NCBI RefSeq assembly: GCF_001194135.2
Contig: NC_069006.1
Coordinates: 11,430,101 to 11,464,073 of the forward strand
Length of the DNA: 33,973 bases
Reading direction: 5' to 3'
DNA from: Octopus bimaculoides
Taxonomy: Eukaryota
Made by a program: the position numbers and the translations under genes. The notes below the pieces were generated by a model. The model was not told the DNA's origin. It worked only from the letters and a program-made list of their open reading frames with translations, and ran no database searches. Positions 11,745 through 20,450 of the stretch are shown here, in pieces; position 1 is the stretch's first letter, and every line of letters begins with the position of its first letter.

Positions 11745-12027
11745 NNNNNNNNNNNNNNNNNNNNNNNNNNNNNNNNNNNNNNNNNNNNNNNNNNNNNNNN
11801 NNNNNNNNNNNNNNNNNNNNNNNNNNNNNNNNNNNNNNNNNNNNNNNNNNNNNNNNNNNNNNNNNNNNNNNNNNNNNNNNNNNNNNNNNNNNNNNNNNNN
11901 NNNNNNNNNNNNNNNNNNNNNNNNNNNNNNNNNNNNNNNNNNNNNNNNNNNNNNNNNNNNNNNNNNNNNNNNNNNNNNNNNNNNNNNNNNNNNNNNNNNN
12001 NNNNNNNNNNNNNNNNNNNNNNNNNNN
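11745..12027. other. Assembly gap (N)
   Basis: Run of n. Confidence 1.
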
Positions 12028-12384
12028 TATTTTGCTGTTGGTTAAATAATTCCCTCGGGGCTGGATGATTATTTAGTTTTTATTTATAACTTCCCTCACC
12101 CACCCCACCTTTTTTTATATATATTTTTAGCTTCGTTAATTGATTTTCAAGACAATCACACCCAGCAATTACTTTGGCAGAAGCTTGTTTAAACGTAAGA
12201 AGTTAAATCGACCGGCTCTCAACGAAATTCGAACACGGGCCAGCAAGACAGTAAGGTTTCGAACTGACTGCTAATACTTCTGATGTATTCCGTGGACCTA
12301 AAAACCAAAGATCGCCCTAACAACGTTCTGTAATAATAATAATGGTAATAATTGTTATTATTATTACCATTATTATAATTATTT

Positions 12385-13140
12385 CTTTCATAAACTACAA
12401 AGGCGACGACTGAAAGAGGTGAGACGTTACGAAGAAATTAACATAAAATGTGTAAGGTGGAAATGGACCGAAAAATCGAAGAGGAAGAAAATAATAATAA
12501 TCTAATTTTGGCACAAGGCCAATTGTTTTGAGAGGCTGTGGTCAGTCGATAACATCGATCGACCGCAATGTTTGACTGGTACTTTATTTTATCGACCACC
12601 AGAGGAATGAACGGCAAAGTTGGACCTTAGCTAGGTTTGAACTCAGAACGTAAAGAGTCGGAACAAGTAGCACAAAGAATCTTTGCCAGGCACAAGTCTG
12701 CGAATCTTTCCTCTCTAACCACGTTCCATAATAACCAACGATAACTATAAAATAATAATAATAATAGTTATTATTATTATTATTATTATTATCATATTGC
12801 TATTATTATTTCTTTTATTTGCCAGAGTGTCATCGACTGAAGAACAGGGACAATGCAAAGAAATTAACATTAAATGTGGAAGGGGGAACATAAAATATCG
12901 AACGAGAAAGAATAATATTGGTTCCAAATTTTGGCACAAGGCCAGCAATTTCTGGGGAGGGGATAATTGATATTATCTACTTCAGTACTTGATGGGTTCT
13001 CTATTTTATCGACCCCCCACTCCCCGATAGGATGAAAGGTTAAGCCGACCCAAGAAGGATTTGAACTCAGAACGTAAAGAGCCGAAAGGAATATCATGCA
13101 AGGCATCTTTATCCGATGCTCTGACGATTTTGCAAACTCA
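12385..13140. repeat. Diverged two-unit tandem arrangement: linker plus minus-strand SINE, twice
   Basis: cgactgaa...aagaaattaacataaaatgtgtaagg...atcgaa (about 12405-12480) and cgactgaa...aagaaattaacattaaatgtggaagg...atcgaa (about 12834-12902). Each is followed by aattttggcacaaggcc...tttgaactcagaacgtaaagag. Confidence 0.7.
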
Positions 13141-14047
13141 ATGATAATTTAATGGTTTCTAAGAGAAGCGTTAAGGAATAGAATTTTGGAGAAAAAGGAA
13201 GAATATTACAGTCGTCCGTTATATATCAACGTCAACACTTGACAGATAATTTTATCGAAAGAACGGAATTGCAAAAAGTTGGTAGTCTTAGAAGGAAGAA
13301 TAAACCGTAAAACAACGACTCTTTATTGATTCCGTTATTCTTAAAGGTCCAAAATATTCTGTAGAATTGATTAATTTTTAAATTACTGCCAAACATTTTT
13401 ATCTACTTCGCCTTTTTTTTTAAACCCGGCGTCTATCAATTCCATCAACGACCACCACCTTTAATAATGATGATGGTGGTGGTGGTGGTGTTGATGGTGT
13501 GTTGTTAATAATAACAATGATGGTAGTAGTGGTGGTGGTGGTTTTTAACTGAAGAAACGATTATTATTATTATTATTATTATTATTAAACAAACACTAAT
13601 TTTAAATTTATCTTTATCGATCCTAGAAGGATGGAAGACAAACAGGATGCAGCCGGGATTTGAAACAAGGGAGAAACACAAAAACAAAACAAACAAAAAT
13701 AGAACAAATAAACTGCTATGCCACACATACAGTAAAAAAAAATCAAAACCATCGAAGCAAAAAAAGTTTAAATGATTATAAAATAAAATGTTTAATAATT
13801 AAAATACAAACAACAATCTAATATCAGGCCTTATAAAGATTAATTTCAAACAAACAAAAAAATATATTATAAAGCTGGTCCTCAACTGAATTGGTAGGGA
13901 TTGAACCCCTGCCATTTTAGTTTACATTGAACAAAGCTTTTAGCAATGAATTCATGGATAATATATTATTTCATAATAATAATGTTAATTAATGTTGTTT
14001 TTTTTTTAAAGAAGCACGACAATTAAATAAATAAATAAATGCTTTAC

Positions 14048-14092
14048 CGCTCTACATCCTGATACAGATGTTGAATACAGTATAACAGGCAT
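14048..14092 (-). CDS. SH3BGRL3: First coding exon of an SH3BGR-family (SH3BGRL3-like, thioredoxin/glutaredoxin-fold) gene
   Basis: Minus strand gcatcaccATG CCT GTT ATA CTG TAT TCA ACA TCT GTA TCA GGA TGT AGA GCG|gtaaag encodes MPVILYSTSVSGCRA. It has a good Kozak context (CACCATG) and a phase-0 GT donor. It matches the SH3BGRL3 N-terminus MSGLRVYSTSVTGSRE, and the recalled SH3BGR-family first intron falls at this position. Downstream exons were not found in the window. Confidence 0.75.
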
Positions 14093-14205
14093 GGTGATGC
14101 GGTGTGTGTATATATCAGAGTTTATATATGTGTGATTATGTGATATATGTGTGCGTTGTGACACACTGAAGGACTGATAACTCCTCACTGACTGACGTCC
14201 TACGA
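14093..14205 (-). promoter_or_regulatory. Putative 5' UTR / core promoter of the SH3BGRL3-like gene
   Basis: Four Inr-like TCAGT motifs on the minus strand (14165-69, 14173-77, 14187-91, 14191-95) and a CRE-like TGACGTC at 14193-14199, 70-110 nt upstream of the ATG. CpGs are retained here. Confidence 0.45.
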
Positions 14206-14209
14206 CGAA

Positions 14210-15282
14210 GCTGCTGCTGCTACTACTACTACTACTACTTCTATAGCTGCTACCACTACTACTACAACAAGTGAGGGGTGGTGGTAGTAGAAAGTGGTAG
14301 TGAGAGTGGTAAGCTGGCAGGGAGAAGGAGGGAAGTTGTGTCTAGTAGTAGTGGAAGTGAAAGTAATGATAACGACAGTGGTGATGGTTGAAGTAGTAAT
14401 GAGAGTGGTAGTAGCTGTAGTAATGACAGCAGTAGTAGTAGTAGTAGTGGTGGTGTGGTGGTGATTCTAAGAGAAATGGTTACGGTGATAATAGAAGTGG
14501 TTGTGGTAGTGGTAGTGAGAGTAATGATTGAAGTTGTAGTAACGGTAGCAGTAGCAATAGTAGTTGCATCGGTGATAAGCAGTGGTTGTGATGGCAGTAG
14601 TAGTAGTAGTAGGATGATGGTGGGGTGGTGGTAGTAGTAGTAGTAGAAAATGTAGTTGTGGTGACAAATGATAGTATTAGAGTAGGAGGAAATTGGTGAA
14701 AGTAGTAGTGGTGGTAGTTTATGATACTGAGATAGTGGGAGGAGAGTGAGAAAGTGTTATTGAGATGAAAGGCAACTGAGTGAGTGAAAGTAAGGGATTT
14801 TGAATAGAGAGAGAAAAACAGATAAGTGAAGGGAAGAGGAGACAAAAGAGAAGAGAGAGTGTGTGACGTATTGTCCAAAGAAGAGATGAAGTATGAAGAG
14901 GGAAGGAAGAAAAGGAGGTGAAAGAGGAGTAGAGAGAACGACGAAGAGATCAAATGTGAGAGGGGGAGATGAATTGATACAGTTAGAATATAATAGAAAT
15001 AGAGAGACTGACCCAGTGGGTGAGTGAGAGAAATGATAGAGAAAGATGCTATAGCAAAAAAGAGAGCAACATTATAAATTGGAGAGAAAGAGCAAAGGGG
15101 TGAAAATTGATAAAGTGAGAAAACGCTAGAAAGAGAGGAGGGAAAGAGAGATAAATGGAAGACAAGGCAGAGGAAGATGATATAGAAAAACAGAGAGAGA
15201 AAGAAAGTGGACATAGAGGGAGATAGAGAACAGTATAAGAGTGTAGCAGACGAGCCTAACAGATATGAAAGGGGGGGGGGGG
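14210..15282. repeat. Low-complexity tract: (GCT/ACT)n, then GTA/GTG mosaic, then a ~550-bp purine-rich GA tract ending in G12
   Basis: Direct reading; G run at 15271-15282. Confidence 0.9.
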
Positions 15283-15809
15283 TGAAAGGCTGTTTCCAAA
15301 TAATCGGCTCCCGCACAATTGATAACAGGTTACTATTTGCTTCCCAACACATTCTCTTTACTTTTCCTTTATCCGTCTCACCTTATTCCAGTTGCCAGAT
15401 TAAAAACCGTTAAACAATATAAACACGTGTTTAAGCAACGAAGAGACGGGATCATTTGAATTTCATGCCAGATTTACCGTGTTGTGAATGATAACTTATT
15501 CAACAGCTTTGGTTTGTTTATTTTTTAATGAATAAATGTTAAACATTTGCGGTTTTTTTTCTACTTCCGTTACCCCAGTGATAATTAAATAATTGGTTAG
15601 TTATTTAGTGTTGAATAAATAAATGCAATGAAATATAAAACAAAAAGCAGGTTATATTTTAATATAGATGTGGGATTTGGTCTGTGAATTTTTAATCTAT
15701 TTTCTCACATTCAGCATTAAGATTTGAATGGTTTGTCAGACAATGGAAAGAGTTGAGGGAGAACCAGTCATTGTTTGGTGGTGTGCTAAGGGCATCATAA
15801 GCTTAAATC

Positions 15810-16220
15810 CCTCACTTACCTACCCCATCTCTTTCTCTTCTAATTTGTTTCTCTCTCACTTTCTATCTTGCCTATTTTCCTTCCTTTTTCTCTCTCTTTC
15901 TTTCTCGCTTATCCTTCTCCCGCTTCTTTTATCTCTTACTTGCCCCTTTTCTTTCTCTCTCCTATCCTTATCTCTCTCTCTCTCTCTCCCTATTTCTCTA
16001 CTTCCTTTCTCTTTTCTGCCGTTCTCTCTTCTGCCTCCCGTCTTTCTCTTCTGTCACGTATCTTTCTCTCTTGCTTCTCTCTCTCTCTCCCTCTCTCTCT
16101 CTCATATCTCCTCTACTCTGTCCCTTCTAACATCTCCGTTACTCTCTCCTCTCCCACTATCATCATCATCACAATCATTTTCTTCTTTGTCTCTCTCTTT
16201 CTTCCTTTTTTTTTCCTGAC
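15810..16220. repeat. Pyrimidine-rich (CT) low-complexity tract
   Basis: Degenerate ctct/cttt runs. Source of the Ser/Leu/Phe ORFs. Confidence 0.9.
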
Positions 16221-16779
16221 GACATTTGACGCGAAGAATGACAAAAAGAGAATGTAATTAGATACCTTTAATTACATACATAATATGTACATTATACATA
16301 GATGTATATATGTAATTAAAAGTAAGGACGCCATAACGAAGCCTCTATAAAGTTCTAAAACATTCTCTGCGTTTTCTCATCACACACACACACACAGACT
16401 TATTGAATTTCAATCTAAGGGTGGAGACCATTTATCTCGGTCTTTCCTTCTGGTAACTTTTTCCTACCTCCACTCCACGAAAATTTGTGTTTCTTTCCCT
16501 ATCTTCCGCCTTTTCTAAATTATTATTGTTAGTATTGTTTTATTTATTCATTTGGCCTTTTTTTCTCTACATCTTATTGGTTCCTTCGTTCGTTCATTCA
16601 AATTCAAATTGTAACAAAAAAAAACAAATAATTCGTGAGCGTTAATGAAAACTGTTCTCAAAAGCTACAAGGGAAGGAACTCCCAAAATTTCGATTGACC
16701 AAAAATTAGATGGAGATGTACAGGAGGGATGATCGACAAGAACCATTGGCCGTGTATGTTTCTGTGTGCGCGCGCGTAT

Positions 16780-16930
16780 CTTTTGTTTTAGTCAATTGAC
16801 TGCAGGGTTTAGTCGATCAAATCAAGCCCAGTACTTACTTTTTTAAAAGTCTTTTTTGCAAAGCCACTGAGTTACAAACATGTAAACAAACCAATACCAG
16901 TTGTCACGGTGCTGTGGGGGACACAAGCAC
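16780..16930 (-). mobile_element. 3' module of tRNA-head SINE
   Basis: ttttagtcaattgactgcagggtttagtcgatcaaatcaagcccagtactt...gagttacaaacatgtaaacaaaccaataccagttgtc. Confidence 0.7.
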
Positions 16931-17031
16931 ATTCACACACACAATAAATAAATATATATATATATATATATTGATAGAAAGGACAACAAAAGAAAGAAAT
17001 AGACCTTGATATTATGTAAATAGAGGAATTA

Positions 17032-17554
17032 ATCTGTAAAAATATGTGACACTTATTCGGTAGCCATGATAAAACTCTGAGTTTCGAATGCCTGGGTGGG
17101 AACCCACACCAACGTCTCTTCAGTTATCCGGCCATTGAAAATTCCTGTGAAAAAAATGACCGTTAAACAAAGAGAAATTACTGTGTGGTTGACCGTTATT
17201 AAGACAAAAGAGCTAAAGACCGCTAAGTAAGGGGAGGGGGTAAAAGTAAGGGAGTAGAGAAGACTTCTCTACTCCCTTACTTTTAGAGAAGACTTCCCTC
17301 TACTCGCTTACTTTTAGAGAAGACTTCTCTACTCCCTTACTTTTACCCCCTCCCCTTACTTAGCAGTCTTTAGCTCTTTTGTCTTAATAACGGTCAACCA
17401 CACAGTAATTTCCCTTTGTTTAACGGTCATTTTTTTCACAGGAATTTTCAATGGCCTGATAACTGAAGAGATGTTGGCATGGATTCCCACCCCGACATCC
17501 GAAACTCGGAGTTTTATCATGGCTACCGAATAAGTGCCACATATTTTTACAGAT
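17032..17554. mobile_element. Young, near-perfect 523-bp palindromic foldback/MITE element
   Basis: atctgtaaaaatatgtgacacttattcggtagccatgataaaactc ... gagttttatcatggctaccgaataagtgccacatatttttacagat. The arms pair along their full length. The centre has three copies of agagaagacttctctactcccttactttt (about 17256-17344). Confidence 0.92.
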
Positions 17555-17750
17555 ATATATATATATATATATATTGTCTTGATATGCCTAAGCAAAACAT
17601 TAATACACACACACACAAAGTTTAATTAGAGGATATGTTAACCTCATAAAGGGATGGTTATAACAAGGAAATACTGGTTCAACACCGAGTATTATTGGGG
17701 AATGAAATTCCCTTAAAACAATAGGTATAAAGTATATAGTTTATATCCAG

Positions 17751-17996
17751 TTAAATGAAGAAAAGAAAATGGAGATTAGGGAATTAATAATTATTTATTA
17801 TTAACAAATTGGTCATTTTTACTTCTTACAGCCACTTCATTTAATACCCATGTCACATAAATGCAAATTTAATGCACAAATTTGTAATTAAATTATTGAG
17901 TATTAATTGAAATGGCTGTAATAAGTAAAGATGACCAATTTGATAATAATAAATAATTATTAACTTCTTAACCTCCATTTTCTTTTCTTCATTTAA
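17751..17996. mobile_element. ~245-bp AT-rich inverted-repeat (MITE-like) element
   Basis: ttaaatgaagaaaagaaaatggag...aacaaattggtcat...cagccacttcatttaatac pairs with gtattaattgaaatggctg...atgaccaatttg...ctccattttcttttcttcatttaa; loop about 50 nt. Confidence 0.85.
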
Positions 17997-18000
17997 TATA

Positions 18001-18984
18001 TCATCTTCGTCATCATCATCATCAACAACATTTAACGTCTATTGTCCATGCTGGCATGGGTTGGATGGTTTGACCAAGGCTGACATGTTGGATGTCTGCA
18101 TCAGACTCCAGTCTGATTTGGTATGGTTTCTACAGCTGGATGCCCTTCTTAATGCCAACCACTCCGAGAGTGTAATGGGTGCTTTTACATGCCACTGGTA
18201 CAGGTGTCATTTGCGTGACACCTGTATCTGCCATGACTGCGATTTTGCTTGGCTTGATGGGTCTTCTTCTCAAGCACAACATAATGCTAAAGGTCTCAGT
18301 CATTGCCTCTGTAAGGCCCAACACTTGAAAGAAATTCAGCCACTTTTCCTCTGTGAGGCCCAAAACTCAAAAGGCCCAATGTTCGAAAGAAGCTCTTTAT
18401 GTGCGACTGGCATGAGTGCTAGTTACATGCCGCCAGCATCAGCTACGACTACAAATTCACTTAGCTTGGTGGGTCTTCTCAAGTACAGCACATCGCCAAT
18501 GGTCTCAGTCATTAGTCATTGCCTCTGTGTGGCCCAAAGTTCGAAGATCATGCTTCACCACCTCATCCCACATCTTCCTGAGTTTACCTCACGGTGAGGG
18601 ATCAGCACTTCTTTACACAGCTGTCTTTGTCCATATGCATCACATAACTATACCAGCACAGTCATATCTCTTGCACACCACATCTGATGCCTCTTATGCT
18701 TAACTTTTCTCTCAAGATGCTTACACTCTGTTGAACATGCACATTGACATTGCACATCCAGCAAAGCATACTGGCTTCGTTTCTTTCAAGCCTATGCATG
18801 TCCTTGGCTGTCACAGCCCATGCTTCACTGCCATATAGCATGGCTGTTCACACACAGGCATCATACAATCTGCCTTTCACTCTGAGAGAGAGGCCCTTTG
18901 TTGCCTGCAGAGGTAGGAACAACTCGCTGAACTTTGCTCAGTCTAATCTTATTCTCACACCTACATTCTCAGAGCGCCTACCTC

Positions 18985-18990
<6 letters not shown>
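18001..18990 (-). mobile_element. 5'-truncated RTE-clade LINE: ORF2 C-terminus, rearranged 3' end and (GAT)n tail
   Basis: The minus strand reads ...KGLSLRVKGRLYDACV*TAMLYGSEAWAVTAKDMHRLERNEASMLCWMCNVNVHVQQSVSILREKLSIRGIRCGVQE..., with the RTE LYGSE(T/A)W and RLERxExxMLRW motifs. It continues into the abundant (GAT)n-tailed short-element sequence at 18001-18230. Confidence 0.9.
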
Positions 18991-19029
<39 letters not shown>

Positions 19030-19179
19030 TCTCTATATATCACTCTATATATATATAGGACTAATGGGTATATGTCAGTTAGTGTGTTGAGTAAAGCACA
19101 TTCACAATTCGGTGTCATCTACTGTTGGGGCATATATCCACTGGATCTACATCAGGAATTCCACTGTGTTAGTTGAGAT

Positions 19180-19553
19180 AATAATAATTGATGAAGGAAA
19201 CAGAAGATAGATTTTAGCACTAGTCTTTATTCAGTGTGACGATCGTTTTGACCCATCTTGCAACAATCTGTTATGGGTAGGATTTGGTGCATCTAGAAGT
19301 TTTGCATCAATCTGTGCAGTTTGTGTCACATCAGGTACATGGATAAGGAAGGGGATGTCCCACTAGATATACTGAGATGTCCTAGGCATGATGTTCGTGC
19401 CTGCTGAATTTTGGTTAAAATACAGAGATTGATGCAAGACAATTAGCTGCACAAGAGCCATAATGAACAGTTGCAGGATGGGTCAAAATGACTGTCGTAC
19501 TGAATAAAGACTAGTGCTCAATTTATTTTCCATTTCCTTCATCAATTATTATT
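19180..19553. mobile_element. ~375-bp inverted-repeat (MITE-like) element
   Basis: aataataattgatgaaggaaa / tttccttcatcaattattatt; agcactagtctttattcagt / actgaataaagactagtgct; ttttgacccatcttgcaac / gttgcaggatgggtcaaaa; ttgcatcaatct / agattgatgcaa. Confidence 0.88.
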
Positions 19554-19563
19554 GTTGTAGCAG

Positions 19564-19577
19564 GCGCCCCCTGGCGA
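19564..19577 (-). promoter_or_regulatory. CTCF-like binding motif
   Basis: The minus strand reads TCGCCAGGGGGCGC, containing the 11-nt CCAGGGGGCGC core of the bilaterian CTCF consensus. It is a GC-rich island in an AT-rich, CpG-poor context. Confidence 0.45.
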
Positions 19578-19580
19578 GAA

Positions 19581-19702
19581 GTGGGCTGGTCCACTACTAA
19601 TAAAAAGTGGACTGACACAGTCAGTAATGTCAGTCAGCGAGGTGGGCTGGTCCACTACTAATAAAAAGTGGACTGACACAGTCAGTAATGTCAGTCAGCG
19701 AG
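19581..19702. repeat. Exact 61-bp tandem duplication
   Basis: gtgggctggtccactactaataaaaagtggactgacacagtcagtaatgtcagtcagcgag twice, followed by a partial gtaggctg. Confidence 0.95.
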
Positions 19703-20001
19703 GTAGGCTGTTTGGGCCAGTTCCACAGAGATGACAAAATACATTGTCATAATGCAGGACATAACAATTATTTATATACATACATATAATGGCCTTCTTT
19801 CTGTTTTCATCTAACTAATCCACTCACAAGGATTTGGTCAACCATGCAGTTGAGAAGCAAACTACATACCACACAACCATACCTGCATATGTGTGTGTGT
19901 GTGTGTGTGCATATATTGCTGTATTTCAGCACAGTCATTCTTTTTTGCCAAATACACACACACACACACACACACATATATAGATAGAAAGATATATATA
20001 T

Positions 20002-20262
20002 GAAAATAGTGGAGTCAACAAAAGTGGGTACAGTTGGACATTGTTTTGACACAACCTCCAGGTGTGTAGGTACTTGATTACACAACTGTTTCCCTGCATG
20101 ATGAGATCTAGTTGTGTTTCCTCAGGTGATATGTAAATATTTACATATCAGTTGGTAATCAAGTACGTGCACACTTAGAGAACTGCATTGCGTCGAAACA
20201 TTTGTTATGATTAAAAAATAGATGTCCAAACTGTACCTCTTCTTGTTGACTCCAATTTTTTC
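20002..20262. mobile_element. Nested inverted-repeat element (MITE-like) with a perfect internal 24-bp palindrome
   Basis: Outer arms ggagtcaacaa...ggtacagttggacat / atgtccaaactgtacc...ttgttgactcc. Inner arms gtacttgattacacaactg / cagttggtaatcaagtac. Palindrome tgatatgtaaatatttacatatca at 20127-20150. Confidence 0.8.
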
Positions 20263-20402
20263 AATTGCTTATTCGCACACAACAGGTGCCCAAACACAAA
20301 CCTGGAAGTGTGTATAATACTACTACTGGATAGCACAGGGTAAATCTGAAGGTGGACGAGCTTTATACTGTACTCTACTACATTCTGTAAAGAATATACT
20401 AT

Positions 20403-20450
<48 letters not shown>

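Noticed and set aside
14480-16257. Long hydrophobic Ser/Leu/Phe ORFs (14480-15352 minus; 15728-16219 and 15868-16257 plus)
   Set aside because: Derived from GA/CT low-complexity DNA.
19581-19702. Possible CRISPR-like repeat
   Set aside because: Two directly abutting identical units with no spacer, in a eukaryotic context with no cas genes.
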